A stretch of DNA of 24,000 nucleotides from Geopsychrobacteraceae bacterium (GTDB taxonomy: Bacteria; Desulfobacterota; Desulfuromonadia; Desulfuromonadales; Geopsychrobacteraceae), in NCBI GenBank assembly GCA_963677135.2, contig CAXXLS010000009.1, forward strand, positions 74,834 through 98,833, given 5' to 3'. The position numbers and the translations under genes were made by a program. Of this stretch, positions 6,229-15,160 are shown piece by piece. The notes below the pieces were generated by a model, which was given only the letters and a program-made list of their open reading frames with translations, was not told where the DNA came from and ran no database searches. The first letter of the stretch is position 1. Each line of letters opens with the position of its first letter.

Positions 6229-7313
6229 CCGGCCGAGTCTGCCACCAGGTCCCGGGCGACCTTGTCAGCCAGGGCAACCAGATCTTCCGCACCGTCCAGG
6301 CCATCCAGAAAGCGCCGGGGGATACCCGTCTGTCCCACCAGGGCACCAACCAGGGCGCCGGTCAGCATAGCCCGGGCCTGATTCTGACCGCCCCCGTTCA
6401 CGGCGTGCAGGACCGCCTGTTCAAAATCACTGCTGTATCGAGCCGCCAGATAATAGGCTGCGGGGAGCTGATGGTAAATGGCACACGGCATCCCGTAAAC
6501 CAGAGACACTTTCCAGGCCGGTTCGATGCGAATATCGGGGTCATGGGCGGCACGGGCGATAAAGGACGGAGTCAGCAGCGCGTCCGGCGAGGCGAAGGTC
6601 CCGCTTTTGAGGGGATGTTCCCCCGGCCTGGGAGGCTGCAGATCACCGCTGGTCACCGCGTGAAACGGCAACTGACCGCTTTTGACCAGCGCCATCAGCT
6701 TGCCGGAAAGCCGATCATCAAGCTCTTCACCCTGAACCAGCTGGGCGAGCACCGCATTGTAGGCCACGGTCATGGCCACGACAGCTTCGTCGATTTGACT
6801 CAGCACCGTATTACTGGTCACCGCGCTGGCCAGTTTGTCCGGGTCCAGGGCATAGCGAACGGCAATCGCCAGGGTCCGCTCGATCGCTTCCGTGGTATCG
6901 GCCTGACCGCCGGTCTCCGCCCATGGTTTTTTCTGTTGATGGCGTCGCTGCCACAGTTCCCTAATCGACTGGCTGGTATAGCCGCCCGGTCCGGACATGG
7001 GCTGGCCGTCAAGCTGCGGAAGCAGGTCGTCATCAAGCCGGCGGCAGAAGTCCTCTTCGCTGTAGCCACCCGTTTCGGCAAGGGACTGAAGGGTCATCTT
7101 CAGAATATAGCCGGGCTGGGACAACTGGCCGGCTTTCAGGCCGGCATGATAACGGTCCGGCTTCGGATCGGTGTAATCCGTGATCCAGTCGCCATAATCC
7201 CTGCGTAAGGCGGAAAGATCATAATACCAGTGGGGGCCAACGGCCAGGGCTTCGCCGATGAAGGCGCCCAAAAGCGCTCCCCGGGCCCGGTCTGCGAGTG
7301 ATGTGCGCGACAT
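6225..7313 (-). CDS. ADP-ribosylglycohydrolase family protein
   Basis: The N-terminus DRARGALLGAFIGEALAVG and the C-terminus GGGQNQARAMLTGALVGALVG are typical of the ARH/DraG family. I placed the start at the ATG at 7313, which follows AAAGGA. The track start at 7328 is a GTG. Confidence 0.85.
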   Translation of the reverse strand: MSRTSLADRARGALLGAFIGEALAVGPHWYYDLSALRRDYGDWITDYTDPKPDRYHAGLKAGQLSQPGYILKMTLQSLAETGGYSEEDFCRRLDDDLLPQLDGQPMSGPGGYTSQSIRELWQRRHQQKKPWAETGGQADTTEAIERTLAIAVRYALDPDKLASAVTSNTVLSQIDEAVVAMTVAYNAVLAQLVQGEELDDRLSGKLMALVKSGQLPFHAVTSGDLQPPRPGEHPLKSGTFASPDALLTPSFIARAAHDPDIRIEPAWKVSLVYGMPCAIYHQLPAAYYLAARYSSDFEQAVLHAVNGGGQNQARAMLTGALVGALVGQTGIPRRFLDGLDGAEDLVALADKVARDLVADSAG

Positions 7314-7457
7314 GATCCATCCTTTCACGGCTACCAGGGTTGACAGAAACTACGCGTTGACCGCCTCGCCGGACAGCCGACGCTGCATTCGATTCTAACC
7401 CGCCGGTTTCAGAAAAAGATAGCTCGGCACCAATATTTTAGGACCTTCATCCGGCCG

Positions 7458-8804
7458 CTACAGGGCCGGCGGACCGGGAACAGGTTTGTCGGAATGAGTC
7501 AGGACGGCCTCGTCGCCTGCCTTGGGACTGACGTCGACCAGGTTCAGTTCGCCATAGGAGAGGGCCTGCTGCAGGCCGGCCAGGCTGAAGCGGCTGGCGG
7601 CGTTCCAGAGCATCCAGCCGGAGCTGCCGACCTGATCACTGGCGTTGATCTGGGCATGAATATCGTCAGCACGGTAGGAACGCCGATCAAACGCGTAATC
7701 CCGGAACGCCTGCAGCCAGGGGCGGAACCGGGCCGGTTCGAGACCGCTGAGGCTGACCGCTTTCTTGAGGGAATGGGCAATCACCTCGAAATTATGGGTG
7801 ACGGGGACGGGATAGCCTGGAATTCCGTAAGGAAAGCCTGAGGGATACAGCATGGGAGACAGGTAATCGACCTGCTCGCCCATGTCCACCAGGCGCTGGC
7901 CGATCTTTTGATCTTTCGGTTTCCAGCAGATATAGCCGAAAATGTTGGCCGCGGTCATCACCGGGTAGGGAGCAAGGCGCTCTTTGGCCTGGGCCAGGAA
8001 CTGATTGATGGCGGCAACCCGGTTGTCCCCGGTATTGGCCCGAGCGAATTTCAGATCGGACCTGGCCGGAAAACGGATATAGTCGAATTGGATCTCGTCA
8101 AAGCCAAGGCTGGCCACCTCTTCCGCGAGGTCGAGATTATAATCCCTGACCTGCTGGATGAAGGGATCGCTCCACGAGATGCTTTCGCGATCCTCCCAGA
8201 TTTCGCCGGCGGGATCATAAACCGCCAGATCGGGACGCCTCTTGGCCAGTTTGTCATCCTTGAACACCGCTAGCCTGGCGATGGTGTAGATTCCATGCGC
8301 TTTCAGATCCGCGAGAAAATCGGGAAGATCCTTGAGGGTCCTCGCCCGTTGGGCCCCGATCTGCCGGGCCAGGGGCAAGCTGCTGCGAAAAGCCACATCG
8401 CCCCGGGTCGATTTGATATCGATGACCAGGGCATTCATCCCGGTCTCTTGCAGAAGTTGAAGCAGGTGGGCGCGCAGATCACGACTGTCGGCCGCCCAAT
8501 AGGACATGTAAAGGGCTTTGGGAGCGACCGGCTGCAGTTCTACCCGCAGGACGTGGTCACCGGCGATTTTGATCGGCTGATAGCCCGGTTTGCGGACCAC
8601 CAGGGTCCCCGTCTCGCTGGTCAGGGCAAAGCTGCCGTCTTCGAAACTGACGGTCCTGTCCCCTTCCGTCCAGACCCTGGCGCCGGCAAGGGGCTGACCA
8701 CTGACACCGTCAAGCACCCGTCCGAAAACCTCCTCGGTTTCCGCCCAGGCAGCAGCAGTCATTCCAAAGAGAACCGCCATCAGGATCGTGACTGCACTTT
8801 TCAT
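7458..8804 (-). CDS. secreted putative glycoside-hydrolase-like TIM-barrel protein (DUF4015/GHL10 type) with an N-terminal carboxypeptidase-regulatory-like domain
   Basis: A signal peptide is present (MKSAVTILMAVLFGMTAAAWA). GRVLDGVSGQPLAGARVW suggests a small beta-sandwich domain. The core NALVIDIKSTRGD...ARLAVFKDD...GFDEIQFDYIRFP matches my recollection of DUF4015. GGGAGG RBS. Confidence 0.72.
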   Translation of the reverse strand: MKSAVTILMAVLFGMTAAAWAETEEVFGRVLDGVSGQPLAGARVWTEGDRTVSFEDGSFALTSETGTLVVRKPGYQPIKIAGDHVLRVELQPVAPKALYMSYWAADSRDLRAHLLQLLQETGMNALVIDIKSTRGDVAFRSSLPLARQIGAQRARTLKDLPDFLADLKAHGIYTIARLAVFKDDKLAKRRPDLAVYDPAGEIWEDRESISWSDPFIQQVRDYNLDLAEEVASLGFDEIQFDYIRFPARSDLKFARANTGDNRVAAINQFLAQAKERLAPYPVMTAANIFGYICWKPKDQKIGQRLVDMGEQVDYLSPMLYPSGFPYGIPGYPVPVTHNFEVIAHSLKKAVSLSGLEPARFRPWLQAFRDYAFDRRSYRADDIHAQINASDQVGSSGWMLWNAASRFSLAGLQQALSYGELNLVDVSPKAGDEAVLTHSDKPVPGPPAL

Positions 8805-8887
8805 TTAAAGCCTCCCGCCCAGGTACCAGAAAGAATAACGGACAGAAACAGCTTAGATTATTTTTACTGAATAATAAACTTTTAATT

Positions 8888-9793
8888 TTAATTGAAAAGG
8901 TATTTCTGTGCGCCGCTGCGAAGCTGTTCGGTCAGCTTGTTCAGAGGGGCCGCGGAGAGATTCCAGCTGTGCCAGTAGAGGGTTACGGAAAGTGACGCAT
9001 CGCCAATGAATTCCTGCAGGATTCCGGCCGCCAGCAGGTCCCGGCTCTGCCAGTCGGGAACCATTCCATAGCAGTAGCCCTCCCTGATCACCTGGAGGAA
9101 TTGTGCAGGCGCGGGTATATAATGGGCCGGGATTCGCACCGGCTCTGAACTGATGTAGGTTTCGATAAACTGTTGATGCAGCCTGTCATGACGATTGAAA
9201 ATCACGGCCGGGGCCTGTTCGAGTGCCGGCCGAGTCAAACCCTCCGGAAACCAGCGCGCCTTGAATCCCGGCGTGGCCACCAGCCGGTAGCGCATGCCGC
9301 CCAGCCGGTCGACCCGGCAGCCCTGCATGGCCCTGGATTCGGCACTGATACAGCCGACCACGTCGCCGTCCCGCAGATACCGGTGGGTCTGTTCCTGGTC
9401 ATCAACCCGCAGATCGAGAAGCAGGCCGGCCTCCTGCAACAGGGGTGCGACGGCATCGATGAACCAGTAGTCCAGGCTGTCGGCGTTGATGCCGATGGCG
9501 AGTTGTTGGGGCCCGGCCGAGTCCGCCCCCGACAACTCCCCGGCCAGAGCCGACTCCAGCATGCGCACCTGCTGGTAATGTTTCAGCAGCGCCTTGCCCG
9601 CTGCGGTCGGCTGCGGAGGCGACGTTCTGGTCAGTAATAATTGGCCGCTCTGATCTTCAAGCAGGCGAATGCGCTGGGACACTGCGGACTGGGTCAACAA
9701 CAGCACCCGCGCAGCGCGCTCAAAACCGCCTTCCTGAACAACCATGGCCAGCGCATTGAGGAGCTTGTAATCGATCATCGGCAACCGCATCAT
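8888..9793 (-). CDS. argP: LysR-family transcriptional regulator, ArgP/IciA-like
   Basis: The N-terminal HTH [48 protein letters not shown] parallels E. coli ArgP ([24 protein letters not shown]...). The gene is divergent from an ArgO-like exporter. Confidence 0.82.
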   Translation of the reverse strand: [301 protein letters not shown]

Positions 9794-9947
9794 TGGTCAG
9801 AGTTTGTGAACAGGCAGATTGCATATTAGCAAAACTGATATATCCTCTGAATAATTAATTTTACTTTTGAGCCGAGGATCTCTAGGCTGAGTCCTGCGTC
9901 CCACGACGACCTCTTGCCGGTCGCTGTCACATCAGGAATCACGGAGC

Positions 9948-10559
9948 ATGGATATGATCTGGCCATATTTTCAGGGAATCGGCATCGGCGGCGGCCTTAT
10001 CATAGCCATCGGTGCCCAGAACGCTTTTGTTCTGGCCCAGGGAATCCGCCGCAATCATCCCGTTCAGACCGCTGCGGTCTGCAGCCTCTGTGATGCGATC
10101 CTGATTTTCGCCGGAGTCAGCGGGGTCGGCGCCCTGCTCGCCACCAACAGCCTGCTGCAACAGGGAGCCACCTGGTTGGGCACTTTGTTCCTGTTCTGGT
10201 ACGGGATACGTTCCCTGCGCTCGGCACTGTCCGGAGGCGACCTGGTTCCCATGGAGACCGGGCGGATGACCCGTTCGAAACTGCTCGCCACCACCCTGGC
10301 CCTGACCCTGCTCAACCCCCATGTCTATATCGATACCATCATCCTGCTCGGCAGCCTGGCCGGCCGTCTGCAGCCCCAGGAGCGTTACCTGTTCGCCGCG
10401 GGCGCCATCACCTCCTCCTTCCTCTGGTTTTTCGGTCTCAGCCTGGGAGCCGGATTTCTTGCTCCCCTGTTCCGCCGGCCCATCGCCTGGCGCTGCCTCG
10501 ACAGCCTGGTTTGTCTGACCATGTGGAGCATCGCCCTGTCTCTGATCTGGTCGGATTGA
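9948..10559 (+). CDS. argO: LysE/ArgO family amino-acid (arginine) exporter
   Basis: YFQGIGIGGGLIIAIGAQNAFVLAQGIRRNH parallels the E. coli ArgO N-terminus ([31 protein letters not shown]). The 203-aa length and hydrophobicity fit. Confidence 0.85.
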   Translation: MDMIWPYFQGIGIGGGLIIAIGAQNAFVLAQGIRRNHPVQTAAVCSLCDAILIFAGVSGVGALLATNSLLQQGATWLGTLFLFWYGIRSLRSALSGGDLVPMETGRMTRSKLLATTLALTLLNPHVYIDTIILLGSLAGRLQPQERYLFAAGAITSSFLWFFGLSLGAGFLAPLFRRPIAWRCLDSLVCLTMWSIALSLIWSD

Positions 10560-10802
10560 AGGTCACCTCAGGGGCCGCCCATCGATAAAAAGCCGAATAA
10601 TTTTTATTCCAGGATTTAATCCGGGATCAAATCTGCCCATGCGTGAAAAGCAACCAGCGGCGTCTTTACCGATGCCGGAACCGTATGATCTTTAATCCAA
10701 GAGTGAAGAAAAATGTTAAAATAACAAGGCAGGGTGCCATTAGTCCTCAGAAGCAATGCTTTGCCGCAATCCGATATCTGGGCAACGGGAGAGGAGGTCA
10801 TC

Positions 10803-10973
10803 ATGAAAGACAGTGTTGTGCGACTCAAAAATCTCTGTGAAATCCTGATCAATATGGGAGTGACCAATACCCCCAACGAAAACCAGATAAAAAAAATGAT
10901 TTTAGAACTTGAAACAACAATCCTTAAGGAAATGGAATTATTGAAGGACAGAGAGTCGATGTCTGACTTTTAA
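10803..10973 (+). CDS. hypothetical small protein (56 aa, predicted helical)
   Basis: The ATG at 10803 follows a strong RBS, GGAGAGGAGG. It lies in an AT-rich intergenic block, and I recognise no family. A competing antisense ORF sits at 10616..10876. Confidence 0.35.
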   Translation: MKDSVVRLKNLCEILINMGVTNTPNENQIKKMILELETTILKEMELLKDRESMSDF

Positions 10974-11061
10974 TCGTTCAAATCATTTTAAGTGGATAGA
11001 ATAGCAAGAATTAGGTGGTCATCACATCAAACGCCCTCCCGAACAGGATACGGAGGCCACT

Positions 11062-12894
11062 ATGACCCATCTCCCCCCGCTTCCCAAGGATCCCCATACC
11101 CTGTTTGTGTTGGGGCTGGCTACCCTTGCGCTCTTCCTGTTCTCTCGTAAAAAACTTCCCCTGGAAACCGCCAGTCTGATCATTTTGGTCATCTTGGCCT
11201 GCGTATTCGAGTTGTTCCCATACGCAAAACCGGGCCAGGTTATCAGGGCTACAGACTTTTTCCATGGCTTCGGTCATGAAGCTCTGATCGCTGTGTGTGC
11301 GTTGATGGTCGCCGGGCAGGGTATTGTCAGAACGGGCGGACTGGAGCCCATTGGCCGAGCGCTTTCACAGCTCTGGAAAATCAGCCCCAGTCTTTCCATG
11401 ATTACGACCCTGTTCATTGCTGCCGGAATCAGTGCCTTTATCAATAATGTTCCCGTCGTTATTCTGCTTTTACCCATTTTGATCAGTGTTTCGGTGAAAA
11501 CAGGAAGCAAGGCGTCAGGCATGTTGATGCCTATGGGCTTCGCCACGATTATCGGAGGAACCAGCACGACCATTGGAACTTCGACCAACCTCCTGGTTGT
11601 TTCCGTGGCCGCCGATATGGGCCTTCGAAAAATGGAGATGTTTGATTTCTTTGTGCCGGCGGCAACGGCCGGCATTCTCGGTTTACTATACCTGTGGTTT
11701 GTCGTTCCACGCATCATGCCTGAGCGGGGAATTGACCTCAGTGATACCTCGCCCCGCATTTTCACTGCCCATCTCGCCCTTCTTGAAAAAAGTCCCATGA
11801 TTGGTAAAACCCTCGCTGAAGCGCAGGAAAAAGTCGGAGAAACCATCAGGGTGACAAATATCAGGAGGAATAACGACACGTTAGCCATGCCATTGCCAAG
11901 CCTCATCCTCCATGCGGGGGATCAATTGATCCTGCGTGATACGCCTGAAAAGCTGAAGGAAATTGAAAAAATTTTTGAAGGAACCCTGTATCAATCCCAT
12001 GCAGGTGAAACGCATTCCGACGACAGTAACCTCTTTGAGGCAAAGGATCAGCAAATTGCCGAAATTGCCGTCATCCAAGGTTCCTACCTGCAAGGTCGGA
12101 CGTTAAGCGGGCTGCGCTTTGCAGACCGTTTCGGCCTTATCATCCTGGCTATCCACAGGGCGGGAAAGCCCTTGAGTAAAAACAGCGAGGCCATTGGAGA
12201 TATAAGACTTGCATCTGGAGACATTCTTCTGGTTCAGGGTCCCCGCGACCAGATCGCAAAACTTAAACAGATTAAAGATTTTCTCGTTTTGGATGCGACT
12301 ATCGACCTGCCCTACACCAAAAGAGCCCCCCTGGCCATGATGATCATGATTGCCATCATCACCCTGACAGCTGCCGATATTCTGCCTATCGCAATCAGTG
12401 CCAGCGCCGGTGCGTTAATCATGATCATGACCGGATGTCTGAATTGGCGAGATGCGACAAGAGCCCTGAGCGTCCAGGTCATTTTTCTTGTCGTTGCAAG
12501 CCTGGCCTTGGGGCACGCCTTACTGGAAACAGGTGGTGCAGACTATCTTGCGGAACTGATGCTGCTATTTTCAGGACATGCTTCACCGCCCGTCATGCTC
12601 AGTGGAACCATGCTGGTCATGGCCGTACTGACAAATCTTGTTTCCAATAATGCCACGGCGGTTATCGGTACCCCCATCGCGGTATCCGTCGCAACCCAGA
12701 TGGGGCAACCGGCCGAGCCATTTGTCCTGGCGGTCCTGTTTGGAGCAAATCTGAGCTTTGCGACACCAATGGCCTACAAAACCAATTTACTTGTCATGAA
12801 TGCCGGTCGTTACACCTTCAATGATTTCCTGCGTATCGGAATTCCCCTGGTGCTTATTGCTCCGGTGATTAAACAGTTAAATCAAGCAGCATAA
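11062..12894 (+). CDS. SLC13/DASS-family anion permease with two central TrkA-C (RCK C-terminal) domains; native 3' end replaced by IS sequence
   Basis: The termini are hydrophobic, with two TrkA-C-like segments between them (IRVTNIRRNNDTLAMPLPSLILHAGDQLILRD and LIILAIHRAGKPLSKNSEAIGDIRLASGDILLVQG). ACGGAGG RBS. The last 12 codons (from 12857) are read from the IS630 terminal repeat. Confidence 0.85.
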   Translation: MTHLPPLPKDPHTLFVLGLATLALFLFSRKKLPLETASLIILVILACVFELFPYAKPGQVIRATDFFHGFGHEALIAVCALMVAGQGIVRTGGLEPIGRALSQLWKISPSLSMITTLFIAAGISAFINNVPVVILLLPILISVSVKTGSKASGMLMPMGFATIIGGTSTTIGTSTNLLVVSVAADMGLRKMEMFDFFVPAATAGILGLLYLWFVVPRIMPERGIDLSDTSPRIFTAHLALLEKSPMIGKTLAEAQEKVGETIRVTNIRRNNDTLAMPLPSLILHAGDQLILRDTPEKLKEIEKIFEGTLYQSHAGETHSDDSNLFEAKDQQIAEIAVIQGSYLQGRTLSGLRFADRFGLIILAIHRAGKPLSKNSEAIGDIRLASGDILLVQGPRDQIAKLKQIKDFLVLDATIDLPYTKRAPLAMMIMIAIITLTAADILPIAISASAGALIMIMTGCLNWRDATRALSVQVIFLVVASLALGHALLETGGADYLAELMLLFSGHASPPVMLSGTMLVMAVLTNLVSNNATAVIGTPIAVSVATQMGQPAEPFVLAVLFGANLSFATPMAYKTNLLVMNAGRYTFNDFLRIGIPLVLIAPVIKQLNQAA

Positions 12895-13969
12895 GCGATC
12901 TTTGGATGCTTGAAGTAATTTTGCACATGCCTCGGACGATTCTGTAGGGTGCACATGAAGGAACGGGTCTTTTTCTCCAAGTCCTTCTGTGTTCGAGCAG
13001 GTAGTCCGGAGCGGATCTTCTGCTTGAGGTCGCCGTTAAGATATTCGTCCGGGTTGAGTTCCGGGGAATATGACGGCAGATAAAAGACCTCGATTTGCTC
13101 TTTGTTTTCTTCCAGCCAGGCCTTTACGACCTTGCTGTGATGGACCCGCAGGTTGTCGAGAATCAGAAACACCTTGCGGTCCGCGTCCTTGATCAAACGG
13201 GACATAAATTTGATCAGCACTTTGGCGGTCATGGTTTCACGATACAGCATGAACCGCACTTTGCCACGGTTCGTAACCGAAGAGATCATATTGACCCGGC
13301 TCTTGGTGGCATTGATTCGCACCACAGGGGTTTTGCCCTTTGGAGCAAATCCCCGGGCATGATACGCATCATTTTGGATGCCGGTCTCGTCGCCCCAGTG
13401 TATTTCGGCCTTTTCCTGCTTGGCTCGGGCCTGAATCTTCGGGTACTCCGAATCAAGCCACTGGGCGACGTGCTTGGAACTCTGTTCGTAGGCACGCTTT
13501 GTTGGCCTTTGCGGGGTGAAACCCCAGCGTTTCAGGTAGTCCGTGATCGTTCGCAGCGGCAGGTCTTGACCATAGAGGTGTTTGATCACCAGGCGAATCG
13601 CGTCACGGGTCCAAAGCGCAAAAGACAGCTTGAACTGATCCGGGGTCTTGTCCACCAGTAGCTTCTGGATTTCGGCTTCCTGATCGCTGGTCAATTCTCG
13701 CTTGTCGCCATGACGGCGACCGCGCTGACCCGGCTTGATGGCATCAAGGCCGCCACGTTCGTACTTTTTCCAGATTGTACTGACGTGGGGTTGACTGAGA
13801 CCAACGATTTCGGAAATGGCCGTGTTGTTCAGACCTTTTTCACGTAAACGAACGACTTGTTTACGTAGTTCGTATTGCGCTTGTTGATTGAGTTTTCGGG
13901 CATCGAAGTTATTCATGCCCTACAATAACACGAATTAAAGTAGATTTAAATATTTATCCGCCGAGTCAA
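12857..13969 (-). mobile_element. IS630-family insertion sequence (1113 bp) with TA target-site duplication
   Basis: The terminal inverted repeats match at 19 of 27 positions by my count: TTGCTCCGGTGATTAAACAGTTAAATC (12857-12883) against the reverse complement of 13943-13969, TTGACTCGGCGGATAAATATTTAAATC. TA lies at 12855-12856 and at 13970-13971. There is one intact transposase ORF. Confidence 0.85.
12882..13916 (-). CDS. IS630-family (Tc1/mariner-like) DDE transposase
   Basis: The 344-aa protein has an N-terminal HTH (LNNTAISEIVGLSQPHVSTIWKKY). DDE-type motifs are present: HWGDETGI, FLILDNLRVHHS and YLPSYSPELNPDEYLN. No internal stops. Confidence 0.92.
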   Translation of the reverse strand: MNNFDARKLNQQAQYELRKQVVRLREKGLNNTAISEIVGLSQPHVSTIWKKYERGGLDAIKPGQRGRRHGDKRELTSDQEAEIQKLLVDKTPDQFKLSFALWTRDAIRLVIKHLYGQDLPLRTITDYLKRWGFTPQRPTKRAYEQSSKHVAQWLDSEYPKIQARAKQEKAEIHWGDETGIQNDAYHARGFAPKGKTPVVRINATKSRVNMISSVTNRGKVRFMLYRETMTAKVLIKFMSRLIKDADRKVFLILDNLRVHHSKVVKAWLEENKEQIEVFYLPSYSPELNPDEYLNGDLKQKIRSGLPARTQKDLEKKTRSFMCTLQNRPRHVQNYFKHPKIAYAA

Positions 13970-13971
13970 TA

Positions 13972-14021
13972 TCCTGTGGGGAGCACTATCGATTATTCTG
14001 CCTGCCATTTACGATTTATAG
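13972..14021 (+). pseudogene. displaced native 3' end of the SLC13 permease gene
   Basis: Joining 12856 to 13972 restores the frame as ...PLVLILWGALSIILPAIYDL*, a hydrophobic tail typical of this family. TAG stop at 14019-14021. Confidence 0.7.
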
Positions 14022-14130
14022 CCTTTGAATTAAACTTCAGAGATTCACTTTACTTGGTACATAGGCAGGTTTACACTTGCGGGCCTGATCCGGAAGAATT
14101 GTGCCGCAGATGCCGACCAGCGAGGAAAGT

Positions 14131-15111
14131 ATGAACAAAACGTCTCACCCTTTTGACAAGCTGACTCCCGATTTCATAATGGATGCCGTCGAGTCCCTCG
14201 GGTACCGCTGCGATTATCGTATCCTGACCCTGAACAGTTATGAGAATCGGGTCTACCAGGTGGGCATTGAGGACGGCGCTCCGCTGATCGTCAAATTTTA
14301 TCGCCCCGATCGCTGGAACAAGGCCCAGATCCTTGAGGAGCACGACTTTATCCAGGAGCTGGCGGAACACGAATTACCGGTCGTCGCCCCGGTTCGCAGT
14401 GAAGAGGGCCAGACCCTGTATCGCTTTCGTGGATTTTATTTTGCCCTGTCACCACGTAAAGGGGGCCACTCTCCCGAGCTGGCCAACCTGGATCACCTCC
14501 AGGTAATCGGCAGGTTGCTGGGCCGTATTCACAATATCGGATCCCAGCGACCGTTCCGTCATCGCCCGACCCTGAATCCTCAAAGCTTCGGACATGAGTC
14601 GGTGGAGTTCATCAGCGAGGGCTTCATTCCCGCGGACTATCAGGCCGCCTATCAGTCCCTCACCCGTGATCTGCTGGCCATCATCGATGACCGTTTCGCC
14701 AATGCTGCCGCCCGTCCCATCCGGGTGCACGGCGACTGTCACAGCGGCAACATGCTGTGGCGGGATGATGCCCCTCACTTCGTGGATTTTGACGATACCC
14801 GCATGGCGCCGGCCATCCAGGACTTGTGGATGCTGCTGTCCGGCCGGGAAGACCAGCAACAGCAGCAGCTGGAAAAAATCCTTGATGCCTATTGCCTGTT
14901 TTGCGATTTCAATCCGGTCGAGCTGCAGCTGATCGAGGTCATGCGCACCCTGCGCATGCTCAATTATACGGCCTGGCTGGCCCGGCGCTGGGACGACCCG
15001 GCCTTTCCGCGGACCTTCCCCTGGTTCAACACTGTTCAGTACTGGGGAGAACACATCCTCGAGCTGCGTGAACAGCTTGCCGCCCTCCAGGAATCGCCCC
15101 TGCACATATAA
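14131..15111 (+). CDS. srkA: stress-response serine/threonine kinase SrkA (YihE/RdoA family)
   Basis: LTPDFIMDAVESLGY...LNSYENRVYQVGIEDGAPLIVKFYRPDRWNKAQILEEHDF closely parallels E. coli YihE (LNSYENRVYQF...VVKFYRPERWTADQILEEHQF). I placed the start at the ATG at 14131, after GAGGAA. The track start at 14101 is a GTG. Confidence 0.85.
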   Translation: MNKTSHPFDKLTPDFIMDAVESLGYRCDYRILTLNSYENRVYQVGIEDGAPLIVKFYRPDRWNKAQILEEHDFIQELAEHELPVVAPVRSEEGQTLYRFRGFYFALSPRKGGHSPELANLDHLQVIGRLLGRIHNIGSQRPFRHRPTLNPQSFGHESVEFISEGFIPADYQAAYQSLTRDLLAIIDDRFANAAARPIRVHGDCHSGNMLWRDDAPHFVDFDDTRMAPAIQDLWMLLSGREDQQQQQLEKILDAYCLFCDFNPVELQLIEVMRTLRMLNYTAWLARRWDDPAFPRTFPWFNTVQYWGEHILELREQLAALQESPLHI

Positions 15112-15127
15112 AAGGTGGCGGCGACCT

Positions 15128-15158
15128 CGTGTCCATCCCCAAGGTCCGGATGGACACG
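15128..15158. terminator. hairpin between convergent srkA and aldolase genes
   Basis: CGTGTCCATCC (15128-15138) pairs perfectly with GGATGGACACG (15148-15158) around a 9-nt loop. There is no clear T-tract on either side. Confidence 0.4.
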
Positions 15159-15160
15159 TC

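Noticed and set aside
6405-7208. Long antisense ORFs inside confident genes. Examples: 6405..7208, 8295..8870, 7908..8273, 14449..15264, 18690..19469, 19397..19972, 11274..11906, 13095..13661, 2613..3104, 2629..3126, 9173..9637, 9939..10322, 15726..16091, 21038..21373 and 22816..23169.
   Set aside because: Each is a mirror frame of a gene with clear family signatures. Their translations are low-complexity and rich in Arg, Gly and Pro. No independent start signals are visible.
10616-10876. ORF 10616..10876 (-) in the AT-rich block.
   Set aside because: It has no RBS and conflicts with the plus-strand mini-ORF, which has a strong RBS. I recognise no family. Neither ORF is certain.
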